Shown: positions 1-9,190 of the stretch, one piece after another
Layout: every line of letters begins with the position of its first letter
Position numbering within the stretch: position 1 is the stretch's first letter
From: an uncultured Porphyromonas sp.
GTDB lineage: Bacteria > Bacteroidota > Bacteroidia > Bacteroidales > Porphyromonadaceae
DNA length: 64,000 bases
Direction: 5' to 3'
NCBI RefSeq assembly: GCF_938039215.1
Contig: NZ_CALHVI010000005.1
Span: 14,095 to 78,094 of the forward strand
Position numbers and translations under genes: made by a program
Notes under the pieces: model-generated
Told to the model about the DNA's origin: nothing
The model's input: only the letters and a program-made list of their open reading frames with translations
The model's database searches: none

Positions 1-2
1 GT

Positions 3-239
3 AAGCCAGACTTTAAGTATGGCAAGGGTAGCTCCCCCATGCACTCCATCCTCGCTGAGCATGGCGATCAAGGGCAAGCGATAAAGAATGCTGAGAAGCT
101 TCGGAATAGTTACCGAGATACCGACTACAGTAGTCACAATCCCTGTACGCATGTGGACCGACTCATCAAAGAGATCACTGACCCTGAAGTGCGTAAGGAG
201 ATCTTGAAGGGGAGTGGTAGTAAAGCTTCTATTAAGTAA
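3..239 (+). CDS. C-terminal fragment of a probable RloB-family (TOPRIM-like, AbiLii-like) protein; 5' end outside the window
   Basis: Frame is open from position 3 (KPDFKYGKGSSPMHS...). It ends with AIKNAEKL...HNPCTHVDRLIKEI, resembling the RloB C-terminal pattern A-I-x-N-A-x-x-L...N-P-x-T-x-V-x-x-L. Confidence 0.6.
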   Translation, partial: KPDFKYGKGSSPMHSILAEHGDQGQAIKNAEKLRNSYRDTDYSSHNPCTHVDRLIKEITDPEVRKEILKGSGSKASIK

Positions 240-256
240 ACCAACCCAATACAGCT

Positions 257-1249
257 ATGCGCAATTACCTCTATTTACTCTTGGTTCTTCTGCTTGGTGG
301 CGGTAGTAGCTTAGCACAGACAGCCGTCACGACCGCCGCAGGACAGACCTTCCATCTAGGAGATAGCCTCACGATTGGCCTGCCCCATACACCAGGGGAG
401 AGGTACCAAACGATGGGTTGGACTAAGGGCGATATGAAGATACCCGCCTTTGCGAAAGGTAAACTGGAGAAGCACATCATTCCCTCGAAGAAGGATATGT
501 TCGGGGATATCATCGCCGAGCCAGATACCCTGTACTTCTTGAGCCTCCCTCAGTATCCGAAGGATAGTCTCGTCGTTTACCTCCATGAGGCCGTGCAGAA
601 GGGAGAAATCGTGACCGCTCCCGTAGAGCACACGACTCTCTACCCAGAGGCCGTGGAGCTTCTCCCTCAGGACTATGTCCCTGCACTCATCAAGGCGGGC
701 TACACGACGTACACGGACGTAGCGATCAAGGCATACGCTCAATCCCTGGGGAATGGCGAGTCATCGAATAGCGCTACGAACAATCCATTCGAGTACCAGC
801 GACAGCGGGCTACTCTTCTGGAGAAGCTGAAGGAAGCCGTGGAGAAGTTCGATCTGAACCGAACCTACTATGCACGGCATCAGCTCGTCACTGAAGAATA
901 TGACTTCACACGCTCTGGCTACCCTTGGAGCGAGCTACATGGGCCTGCAGTCCCCTTCCTCTCCACTCTGGGCGACGATAAGGTCTCTCTCTACCTAGCC
1001 ACGCAGCAGAGCGTCCCCTTCATCAACGTACCTGCTGAGCGATCCGAAAGCTATGAGAAGCGCTCAGAGACACTGGGGCATAATGTCCATACGCTCTATG
1101 CACGGGTTTACTTCCGATTGCTCCCAGTAGAGAGCTATACAGAAGACGGTAGCCGTGTCTACCGAACAAATATCAACTACCTCGGGCTCGACCTCTACGA
1201 ATACCCGCACTGCGCCTACTATCACTTAGGTTCGGGTAAGGCGGAGTAA
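257..1249 (+). CDS. Secreted hypothetical protein, possibly with a DUF4852-like C-terminal domain
   Basis: Signal peptide MRNYLYLLLVLLLGGGSSLA-Q; NNPFEY...EEYDF segment resembles DUF4852 proteins. Confidence 0.5.
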   Translation: MRNYLYLLLVLLLGGGSSLAQTAVTTAAGQTFHLGDSLTIGLPHTPGERYQTMGWTKGDMKIPAFAKGKLEKHIIPSKKDMFGDIIAEPDTLYFLSLPQYPKDSLVVYLHEAVQKGEIVTAPVEHTTLYPEAVELLPQDYVPALIKAGYTTYTDVAIKAYAQSLGNGESSNSATNNPFEYQRQRATLLEKLKEAVEKFDLNRTYYARHQLVTEEYDFTRSGYPWSELHGPAVPFLSTLGDDKVSLYLATQQSVPFINVPAERSESYEKRSETLGHNVHTLYARVYFRLLPVESYTEDGSRVYRTNINYLGLDLYEYPHCAYYHLGSGKAE

Positions 1250-1277
1250 TCCCCCACCCTATCCTGAGTACAGATAG

Positions 1278-1324
1278 AAGCCCAGAGGCATCAGCACGTA
1301 GCTTGTGCTGATGCCTCTGGGCTT
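1278..1324 (+). terminator. Stem-loop, probable intrinsic terminator
   Basis: Perfect 20-bp arms AAGCCCAGAGGCATCAGCAC / GTGCTGATGCCTCTGGGCTT with a 7-nt loop, just after the 330-aa ORF. Confidence 0.75.
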
Positions 1325-1418
1325 TGTACTCCTTAGCGATTGGTATGCCCCCTCCATGCGCAAGGAGCCACTTATACGCTTAATATAAGGGTCTTGAGGC
1401 TCAGTGTTACTTTCTTTG

Positions 1419-1426
1419 TACCTTTG
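1419..1426 (+). promoter_or_regulatory. Bacteroidota -7 promoter box for murC-ftsQAZ
   Basis: TACCTTTG matches TAnnTTTG, 27 nt before the murC ATG. Confidence 0.7.
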
Positions 1427-1453
1427 CGTAAAATGGTAAAATAGAGATACAGC

Positions 1454-2836
1454 ATGAAGCTATACTTTGTCGGTATCGGTGGCATAGGCATGAGTGCGCT
1501 GGTACGCTACTTCCTCAGCAAAGGGGATGTCGTAGCGGGCTATGACTTGACACCTTCGCCTCTGACCAAGGCACTCACCGAAGAGGGTGCACTGATCCAC
1601 TACGAAGATGATCCCGAGCTCATCCCAGAGCCCTTCCGCAGTCCAGATACTTTGGTCGTCTTCACCCCTGCTGTACCTCGAGATCATCGGGAGCTCAACT
1701 TCTTCATCAACCAAGGTAACAGGGTGATCAAGCGAGCAGAGCTCCTAGGCGACTTGACCCGCCGTGAGCGTGGACTCTGCGTCGCTGGTACCCATGGTAA
1801 GACCACAACCTCTACACTGCTGGCTCACCTCATGCGCTCGAGCCACGTAGACTGTCATGCCTTCCTCGGGGGGATCTCCAACAACTACAAGACCAACTGC
1901 CTCATCTCTGAGAAGAGTGACTATGCGGTGATCGAAGCGGATGAGTTCGATCGCTCCTTCCATCACCTCTCCCCCTACATCGCAGTCATCACTTCGGCAG
2001 ACCCCGACCACCTCGACATATACCATACCCCCGAAGCCTATCGTGAGAGCTTCGAGCACTTCACCTCGCTCATCTCCTCCGAGGGTGCGCTGGTGATGAA
2101 GAAGGGCATCCCCGTGACTCCAAGGCTGAAGGAGGGTACACGCCTCTTCACCTATACCACAGGTGACGAAGAAGCAGACTTCCGAGGAGATCATATCGAC
2201 ATACGTGACGGACACCTCTTCTTCGACTGGCACTATCCCGCTCTAGACGGGCAGCCTGAGGGGACGCTTCACGTAGAGCTCGGTGTACCCCTGCTCATCA
2301 ATGTAGAGAATGCCGTAGCGGCGATGGCTGTGGCCTACCTCTGTGGTGCTCATCTCGATGAACTGAGTCAAGGCGTGGCCTCCTTCCGTGGGGTCTACCG
2401 ACGCTTCGACCGCCTCGTCGATGATCCCAGATGTGTGCTCATCGATGACTATGCGCATCACCCCAATGAGCTTGACCCCAGCATCCGCTCCGTGCGTCAG
2501 CTCTATCCCGACCGCAAGATCCTCGGGATCTTCCAGCCCCATCTCTATAGCCGTACACAGGACTTCTACCGAGAGTTCGCCCGTAGCCTCGACCAGCTCG
2601 ACGAAGTGATCCTGCTCGATATCTATCCTGCTCGTGAACTGCCGATCCCTGGAGTCACTTCCCATCTGATCGCTGAGCACATGGAGCATCAAGATGTCGT
2701 TGTCCTCCCCAAGGAAGGACTCCTCCCCCACTTACGCTCCCGTCAAGAGCTCCCTGAAGTCATCCTGATGGTAGGCGCAGGAGACATCGATCGTCTCGTG
2801 CCTCAAGTCGCCGAAGAGATCCGCCAGCGCCTATGA
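1454..2836 (+). CDS. murC: UDP-N-acetylmuramate--L-alanine ligase
   Basis: GIGGIGMS, AGTHGKTTT, EADEFD, DHLD, DDYAHHP and FQPHLYSRT motifs. Confidence 0.97.
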   Translation: MKLYFVGIGGIGMSALVRYFLSKGDVVAGYDLTPSPLTKALTEEGALIHYEDDPELIPEPFRSPDTLVVFTPAVPRDHRELNFFINQGNRVIKRAELLGDLTRRERGLCVAGTHGKTTTSTLLAHLMRSSHVDCHAFLGGISNNYKTNCLISEKSDYAVIEADEFDRSFHHLSPYIAVITSADPDHLDIYHTPEAYRESFEHFTSLISSEGALVMKKGIPVTPRLKEGTRLFTYTTGDEEADFRGDHIDIRDGHLFFDWHYPALDGQPEGTLHVELGVPLLINVENAVAAMAVAYLCGAHLDELSQGVASFRGVYRRFDRLVDDPRCVLIDDYAHHPNELDPSIRSVRQLYPDRKILGIFQPHLYSRTQDFYREFARSLDQLDEVILLDIYPARELPIPGVTSHLIAEHMEHQDVVVLPKEGLLPHLRSRQELPEVILMVGAGDIDRLVPQVAEEIRQRL

Positions 2837-3954
2837 ACAAGAAGATCCTCGCTCGTAATATCCTCCTCTCGCTCCTAGCACTCGCTATGCTCGGAGCTTT
2901 GGTCTATCTGGCACTGAGCACTCCGAAGGTGACAGCCAGTGATCGCTGCCGTCGTGTAGCTATCGAGGTGAAGAGTGAGACCGGAGGCGACCCGCTCTTC
3001 CTCACCCCTGACCGCATCGCTGACGAACTAGCACGTCGAGGGATTCAGCTGCAGGGCAAGCGTCTTGACTCCATCGACCTTCGCCTCATCGAGCGCACAC
3101 TGCTTAGCATCCCCATCTACAAGAAGGCAGAGGCCTTCGTAGCCCCTTCCTCCTCCTCGGTGCAGATACGCCTTACGGAGAAGTGCCCCCTGTACATCGT
3201 GCAGGAGCCTTCGGGTAAGACCTACTACGTCACACAGGGCAAGGGTACCATCAGCGTCAAGCCTTCCTTCGCCGCTTACCTACCCATCGTCTCGGGTGAT
3301 GTAGACCTCAAGCAGGCTACCAGCTCCGTCTATGATCTGATGCAGGTACTGCGTGAGGATGAGTACTTCTCCAATTACTTCGGTCAGGTCTATGTGGATC
3401 GCACCGAAGGGATCGTACTCATCCCTCGTATAGGCACGACACGGGTCATCATCGGCCGAAGCCCCAACTGGGCAGAGAAGCTCCGCAAGTGGCGCATCTT
3501 CGCCGAGAGCGTACTCCCCAAACGAGGGATGAATGCCTTCTCCTATGTCAACCTCGACTACAGCAACCAAGTCATCGCCCGTGATCGCTATGCTCCCGTA
3601 GGAGAGCTCCTCGACGACGAGGGCGAAGCTATCCGCCCTCCCCTTCCCTCGCCTACTCCTTCGCCAGCGGTAAGCGCCGAGCCTAAGAAGACTCCAGCAC
3701 CTACACCCCAAGCGAAGGAGAAGACTCAGACCCCAGCGAAGGCAAAAACTCCAAGCAAGGACAAGGGCAAAGAGCAAACGAAAGACAAAGGCAAGGATAA
3801 GGCAAAAGCTAAGGTCGTAGAGCCAAAGAAAGACCCTAAAAAGGAGCCAAAGAAAGAGGCAAAGAAGCCCCAAGCTCCTAAGCCTACTTCTCCCAAGAAG
3901 CCCACTAAACCCGAGCCATCCAAGAGCAAACCTAACCATCCACAAAAGAAATGA
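2833..3954 (+). CDS. ftsQ: Cell division protein FtsQ/DivIB with a long Pro/Lys-rich C-terminal tail
   Basis: Single N-terminal TM helix, POTRA-like region, YSYVNLDYSNQVIAR; lies between murC and ftsA with ATGA overlaps. Confidence 0.85.
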   Translation: MNKKILARNILLSLLALAMLGALVYLALSTPKVTASDRCRRVAIEVKSETGGDPLFLTPDRIADELARRGIQLQGKRLDSIDLRLIERTLLSIPIYKKAEAFVAPSSSSVQIRLTEKCPLYIVQEPSGKTYYVTQGKGTISVKPSFAAYLPIVSGDVDLKQATSSVYDLMQVLREDEYFSNYFGQVYVDRTEGIVLIPRIGTTRVIIGRSPNWAEKLRKWRIFAESVLPKRGMNAFSYVNLDYSNQVIARDRYAPVGELLDDEGEAIRPPLPSPTPSPAVSAEPKKTPAPTPQAKEKTQTPAKAKTPSKDKGKEQTKDKGKDKAKAKVVEPKKDPKKEPKKEAKKPQAPKPTSPKKPTKPEPSKSKPNHPQKK

Positions 3955-5417
3955 ACGAACATAGGGATAGCATATATGCCGTCATCAACATAGGGAGCTC
4001 CTATCTCTCCGGGATGCTCGCCACCAAGTCACAGCAGGGACGTGTACTCCCGCTCGTGGCACACCGTATCCCCACCAACGGCTGCGTACGTCAGGGCTCT
4101 ATTCACAACATCGAAGAGGCTGCACAGCGTATCGGTTCGCTCCTCGATGTGCTTAGTGCTTCGCTCCCCGAAGAGGCTAGGATCGAAGGGGTCTATGTAG
4201 GGCTTGAGTGCCGCTCCATGCGCTCCGAGCGCTACAATGCCTTCATCGACCTCGGTCCCGAAGGCTGCGTGGTGACTCCCGAGCACCTCCAGACGCTCAA
4301 GGATCAAGTCAACGATGCCAGCTATCCAGGCATGACGATCCTCTCGGTCACCGATCCTCGCTACCGCTGTGATGGCAAGCGTGAGCCTAATCCCCGAGGA
4401 GTACGCTGCAGCCGTCTAGAGGCGCAGTATCTGCTCATTGTCGCCCGACAGAATATCATCGTCAATGTACGTGAGACGATCGAGGACCGCTTGCAACTAC
4501 GCCTCCTAGGTATCCTCCCCACTCCGATCGCCGAAGCCTCCGCTACGATGACGATGGAAGAGATGGCTCTGGGCTGTGCCTATGTCAATATCGGTGGAGG
4601 TACGACCTCAGTAGCTATCTATCAGGAGCGCTTCCCTGTGGCACTCTTAGTCCTACCGCTGGGTGGGAACAATGTGACACGCGACCTCACTCAGCTCTCG
4701 ATCCCCTTGCTGGAGTCCGATGCAGAGCGGCTCAAGATCGAGCGTGGATCTATGAATCTCTCCATCCCGCACAATCAGGAGATCGAAGCTGTTTCTGTGG
4801 ACGGTAGCTCGACCAAGCGCTTCTCCCAGCTCGAAGTCAATAGGTATGTCAGCGCCCGAGTGCTGGAGATCCTGAGCAACGTGGTCAGTATCATCCGTGA
4901 AGCAGGCTGTGCGGAGAGTATCTCCAAGGGCTTTGTCTTCGCCGGTGGCGTGACCCGCACTAATTACTTCTACGAGACACTGCGTCGCCTCTCTCCCGAG
5001 TACCGCCCCGCCTCTCTCCGCCGAGATATCTACGAGGAAGGCAGCGACAAGGAGCTTGTGGAGGGCTATATGACGGAGATCGCCCTTGCCTTCCAAGCCA
5101 AGGAGCCAGGAGTCTCCTTCGAGCTCCGTTCGCTCTCTTCACTTATGGAGGAAGAGCCTAGCAAGCCTGCTGCTGAGCCAGCCAAGGTAGCCGAACCCGA
5201 GCCTGCACAGGAGATCTTCAAGGAAGAGACTTACACCTACACGACGATCAGTCAAGTTCAGCCCCTCGATGAGGAGGATGAGGATGACTATGATGAGTAC
5301 GATGATCCCCAGCCTCAGAAGACGAAGCCCAATAAGAGCAAGGGCCCTTCTATTCTGGATCGCCTCAACAAGGGCTTTAAGGATTTCTTCGGAGCAGAAT
5401 CAGGTGATGACTATTAG
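3951..5417 (+). CDS. ftsA: Cell division protein FtsA
   Basis: INIGSS, NIGGGTT, LGGNNVTRDL, FAGG motifs and C-terminal amphipathic helix ILDRLNKGFKDFFG; upstream of ftsZ. Confidence 0.92.
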   Translation: MNEHRDSIYAVINIGSSYLSGMLATKSQQGRVLPLVAHRIPTNGCVRQGSIHNIEEAAQRIGSLLDVLSASLPEEARIEGVYVGLECRSMRSERYNAFIDLGPEGCVVTPEHLQTLKDQVNDASYPGMTILSVTDPRYRCDGKREPNPRGVRCSRLEAQYLLIVARQNIIVNVRETIEDRLQLRLLGILPTPIAEASATMTMEEMALGCAYVNIGGGTTSVAIYQERFPVALLVLPLGGNNVTRDLTQLSIPLLESDAERLKIERGSMNLSIPHNQEIEAVSVDGSSTKRFSQLEVNRYVSARVLEILSNVVSIIREAGCAESISKGFVFAGGVTRTNYFYETLRRLSPEYRPASLRRDIYEEGSDKELVEGYMTEIALAFQAKEPGVSFELRSLSSLMEEEPSKPAAEPAKVAEPEPAQEIFKEETYTYTTISQVQPLDEEDEDDYDEYDDPQPQKTKPNKSKGPSILDRLNKGFKDFFGAESGDDY

Positions 5418-5440
5418 TAGCCCATACTCTACAGACGACA

Positions 5441-6937
5441 ATGGATACAATCGAAAGAGGAAGTTTAGCCTTCCAGTATAGCGAGAGTGAGATCAAGCAG
5501 CTCATCAAGGTCGTGGGCGTAGGTGGCGGCGGTGGTAATGCCGTCGGGAAGATGTGCACCAGTGGCTCTGTCCCTGGGGTATCCTTCCTCCTATGCAACA
5601 CCGATGCTCAGGCGCTCTACCACAGCCCCGTAGAGGACAAGATCACCATCGGCCCTACGGTCACCAAAGGGCTAGGTGCAGGGGCTAAGCCCGAGCGTGC
5701 CCGAGAGGCTGCGCTTGAGAGTAAGGAAGTCATCCGCGAAGCGCTTACCTCTGGGGAGACCCGTATGGTCTTCATCACTGCTGGTATGGGTGGTGGTACA
5801 GGTACTGGTGCAGCTCCCGTCATCGGCAAGATAGCGATGGAGGCAGGGCTACTGACCATCGGGATCGTCACCATCCCCTTCCTCTTCGAGGGGACAGCAA
5901 AGATCCTCCAAGCCCTCGAAGGGGTCAAGCAGATGCGCCAGAACGTAGATGCCCTGCTGGTGATCAACAACCAGCGTCTCATCGAGGTATATAAGGACTT
6001 CACCGTCAGCGAAGCTTTCTCCAAGGCCGACGATACCCTGAGCAATGCAGCCCGTGGTATCTCTGACCTAGTGAATATCAGCGGTAAGATCAACCTCGAC
6101 TTTGCCGATGTCGATACGACCCTGCGCAATGGGGGCGTGGCCGTGATCAATACGGGCTATGCTGAGGGTCCCGAACGTATGACCGTAGCCATCCAAGAGG
6201 CGCTCAATTCGCCCCTCTTGAATAACAATAACATCAGCAAGGCTCGCCAGCTCCTGATCAACGTCTATGAGGGACCTGATGCACCGCTGACGATCCCCGA
6301 ACTCACGGAGCTACAAGCCTTCACAGAGGAGTTCTCTGACGAAGTCAAGACCATCTACGGTACTGCCTTCAAGGAAGATCTGGGTAGTAAGATCGCCGTG
6401 ACGATCCTTGCTTCGGGCTTTGGTTTCGACGAGGACATCTTCATGCCCACGAGTGCTAAGCGCAAGGATCCGGTGACGAAGATCTCTGAGGAGAAGCAGC
6501 GGGACGAGCAGCAGCGACTCATCGAGCGTGTCTACGGACATGCAGCGACCAAGCGAAGCAAGGCCGAGCCTGTCGCCCTCATGATCGACGAGCTTGATGA
6601 CGAAGACCTGCTGATCATCATCGAGGAGACTCCCTCCTACCGCCGTGATCACCGGATCTTTGAGAGCAAGCGTCTAGAGAAGAGCTCCGATCGTGCCATC
6701 CGCATCGCTCATCAGGGGGCGGGAAATAGCCTCCGTGATCGTCAGGAGCGTAGTCAGCTCTCTAGCTTTGAGCTACGTACTCCCCAGCCTGAGGAGTCTC
6801 AGCGCTATACCTCGCCTACGACCTTCACGACCAGCTCTGAGGTCAAGCCTTCGCCCAGTGTGGAGGCTACTCCCACCGACAAGGGTACGGAAGAAGACGA
6901 ACCAGCGGACAATGTGATCCGCTTCTCTGGCTTCTGA
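5441..6937 (+). CDS. ftsZ: Cell division protein FtsZ
   Basis: VGVGGGGGNAV, GLGAGAKP, GMGGGTGTG and INLDFAD tubulin/FtsZ motifs. Confidence 0.98.
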   Translation: MDTIERGSLAFQYSESEIKQLIKVVGVGGGGGNAVGKMCTSGSVPGVSFLLCNTDAQALYHSPVEDKITIGPTVTKGLGAGAKPERAREAALESKEVIREALTSGETRMVFITAGMGGGTGTGAAPVIGKIAMEAGLLTIGIVTIPFLFEGTAKILQALEGVKQMRQNVDALLVINNQRLIEVYKDFTVSEAFSKADDTLSNAARGISDLVNISGKINLDFADVDTTLRNGGVAVINTGYAEGPERMTVAIQEALNSPLLNNNNISKARQLLINVYEGPDAPLTIPELTELQAFTEEFSDEVKTIYGTAFKEDLGSKIAVTILASGFGFDEDIFMPTSAKRKDPVTKISEEKQRDEQQRLIERVYGHAATKRSKAEPVALMIDELDDEDLLIIIEETPSYRRDHRIFESKRLEKSSDRAIRIAHQGAGNSLRDRQERSQLSSFELRTPQPEESQRYTSPTTFTTSSEVKPSPSVEATPTDKGTEEDEPADNVIRFSGF

Positions 6938-6966
6938 TCCCTACTCCTTCACTTTACTACTAACCA

Positions 6967-7395
6967 ATGATCATAGCTGTAGACTTCGATGGCACGATCG
7001 TACGCCATCGATACCCCAAGATAGGTGACGAACTCCCCTTTGCTACCGAGACCCTTAGGATGCTCATCCGCGAGGGTCATCGACTCATTCTCTGGACGGT
7101 CCGTGAGGGTAAGCTCCTCGATGAAGCCGTCGAATGGTGCCGGGATCGTGGAGTGGAGTTCTATGCCATCAATCGAGACTTCCCCGAAGAAGATGCCACG
7201 GGAAGTGGCTTCTCTCGTAAGCTCAAGGCCGATCTCTTCATCGATGACCGTAGCTTCGGAGGTCTCCCCGATTGGGGCACGATCTATCACCGCATCCGCG
7301 CTGGGAAAGCGCTGGATGGGGCTTGGCATCTCTTAGCTCTCGAAGAGGAAGAGGATAAGCGGGGCTTCTTCGCCCGCCTCTTCTCTCGGCGCTAG
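6967..7395 (+). CDS. BT0820-like HAD-type phosphatase
   Basis: IAVDFDGT motif I, LWTVR, RKLKADLFIDDR. Confidence 0.85.
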   Translation: MIIAVDFDGTIVRHRYPKIGDELPFATETLRMLIREGHRLILWTVREGKLLDEAVEWCRDRGVEFYAINRDFPEEDATGSGFSRKLKADLFIDDRSFGGLPDWGTIYHRIRAGKALDGAWHLLALEEEEDKRGFFARLFSRR

Positions 7396-7436
7396 TCTCG
7401 GGCTACAGACTATACGACTCTACTTCTCCTGCTACT

Positions 7437-7910
7437 ATGCGTATCCGTTTCTTACTTTGCTGGATGAGCCTCTTGGGCCTCCTCGCTGCTTGCTCTTCGG
7501 GCTCAGGCTCGAAGAAGCATCGGACGGGTCAGGTACAGCGCAAGGAGATCCAAGCTACAGACACGACCCTTGTAGGCAAGCGTCTCTATCTGGAGTTTGC
7601 CTCGAATAGTTCGGTCGTCGAATACCTCTCCCCCCGCTATCTCTTCTGGAGTAGTCAGGACTCTGTACACGGCTACAAAGAGGGCGAGGACACCTATCAT
7701 GCTGTGCGTATAGGCACGCATGTCTTCTTCGTCAACTGGGTAGAAGACGATGGGACGACCGTCAGTCAAGTCTTGGATCTCAAGGAGCGCACCTGTCAAG
7801 CCTTCCTCACTTCCCACCTCTACTCAGACAAGGAGAGCGATAGAGGCACCATCACCCTCAAGGGCACGATCTCTAGGATAGAAGACTCCAATCACCTACT
7901 ACTCGACTAA
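7437..7910 (+). CDS. Lipoprotein with MoaF-like (lipocalin-type beta-barrel) domain
   Basis: Lipobox LLAAC; HVFFVNWVEDDGTTVSQVLDL is typical of MoaF/phenolic-acid-decarboxylase-like folds. Confidence 0.65.
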   Translation: MRIRFLLCWMSLLGLLAACSSGSGSKKHRTGQVQRKEIQATDTTLVGKRLYLEFASNSSVVEYLSPRYLFWSSQDSVHGYKEGEDTYHAVRIGTHVFFVNWVEDDGTTVSQVLDLKERTCQAFLTSHLYSDKESDRGTITLKGTISRIEDSNHLLLD

Positions 7911-7915
7911 TCCTC

Positions 7916-7960
7916 ACCCCACCTCGCTGGCAGCGAAGCCAAAGGTGGGGTTTTCTTTTT
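7916..7960 (+). terminator. Intrinsic terminator
   Basis: ACCCCACCT...AGGTGGGGT followed by TTTCTTTTT. Confidence 0.7.
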
Positions 7961-7987
7961 CCTCCTCTTTCACCTCTCCTCAGTCTT

Positions 7988-8731
7988 ATGTCTAGTGTTT
8001 ATCGGATCGATGATCGAAGCATCACGGAGCATCTCCTCGAGCTCGCTCAGCGGGGCAATAAGCCCTTCACCGAACGTCTCCATCCTGGTATCCCTGGGGT
8101 GCTAGGGGTAAGGCTCCCTGACCTCCGAGCACTCGCCAAGCACATCGTGCGAAGTGGTAGCGCTTCGGCATACCTTGAGGAGGCTGAGCGAGGTGAGCGC
8201 TCCCCCAGAGAGGACTTCATGGAGGCTCGTATCCTCCATGGCTTTGTCCTCGGGATGCTCCCCGTGGATGACTTCCCCGCCTATCTAGAGCATCTGGAGC
8301 GCTGGGTGCAGGTCATCCACTCGTGGTCGGTCTGTGACTCCTTCGCTCTACCCCAGTCGAAGAAGCTCCTCAGGGAGCACGGAGGAGAGCTCTGGGATTT
8401 CTTCGTCCCCTACCTCCAGCACAGCCAGGAGTATCGGGTGCGTTTCGGCGTGGTAGCCCTCATGCAGTACTTCATAGATACCGAGCACATCGGCGAGCTC
8501 CTTCCCCTCTATTTAGCGGTCAAGAACGAAGGCTACTACGTGCAGATGGCTCTAGCGTGGGCTCTAGCGGAGTGCTACACCTTCTACCCCAAAGAGACTC
8601 ACCCCTACCTCGCTGATCGGCGCTTCACCCCTTGGGTGCACAACAAGGCCATCCAGAAGATCTGCGAGTCCCGCCGTATTGATCCCGAGGTCAAGGCTCT
8701 ACTCAAGACCTTTCGGGTGAAGGCGGGCTAA
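7988..8731 (+). CDS. DNA alkylation repair protein (AlkD-like HEAT-repeat family)
   Basis: LGVRLPDLRALAK, SWSVCDS, YYVQMALAWALAE, NKAIQKICESRR. Confidence 0.85.
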   Translation: MSSVYRIDDRSITEHLLELAQRGNKPFTERLHPGIPGVLGVRLPDLRALAKHIVRSGSASAYLEEAERGERSPREDFMEARILHGFVLGMLPVDDFPAYLEHLERWVQVIHSWSVCDSFALPQSKKLLREHGGELWDFFVPYLQHSQEYRVRFGVVALMQYFIDTEHIGELLPLYLAVKNEGYYVQMALAWALAECYTFYPKETHPYLADRRFTPWVHNKAIQKICESRRIDPEVKALLKTFRVKAG

Positions 8732-8758
8732 ACCCACTGCCTCCTACCCGTTCCTCAT

Positions 8759-8806
8759 CAAGGGGGATGCTTCGACAGCTGTCCGAGGCATCCCCCTTGC
8801 CTTTTC
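8759..8806 (+). terminator. Intrinsic terminator
   Basis: CAAGGGGGATGC / GCATCCCCCTTG arms followed by CCTTTTC. Confidence 0.7.
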
Positions 8807-8900
8807 TCCTTCTCCAAGCACGCTGATACCTAGGCTTATATAGAAGTATTTGGGCGAAGAGCTTAGCCCTTCTCCTCAGTACTTGTTATTCGTCCCCTAC

Positions 8901-8942
8901 CCTTACTATTGTTACCTCCCGTGGAGCACTACTAGCGCCTCC
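8901..8942 (-). repeat. Degenerate 23-bp-period repeat, family A (two units, inverted relative to the 11.2-kb array)
   Basis: GGAGCACTACTAGCGCCTCC is the reverse complement of the family-A unit; CTAYT cores at 8906 and 8929. Confidence 0.45.
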
Positions 8943-9190
8943 TTACGGGATGAACGAGCATCTCCTCCAGAGCTTCATGTAGCACTCCATGCAGGGCTAA
9001 GAGATGATACCACAAGATTTACAGATGTCACCCTCAAATGCACGAGGAGAGAACCTAATCTACGGTACTCCTCACAAGCCTCTTAACCTAAATACTAAAG
9101 CTACAAGCAAGACATTATACTTCCTATGGGGAAGTTCTATCCAATAAAACAGGAAGCCCAAACGGCAGGCGACAATCACCTCTTAACAAA

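Noticed and set aside
8850..9086. 78-aa ORF between the AlkD-like and TPR genes
   Set aside because: TTG start, no motifs, overlaps a repeat remnant; probably spurious.
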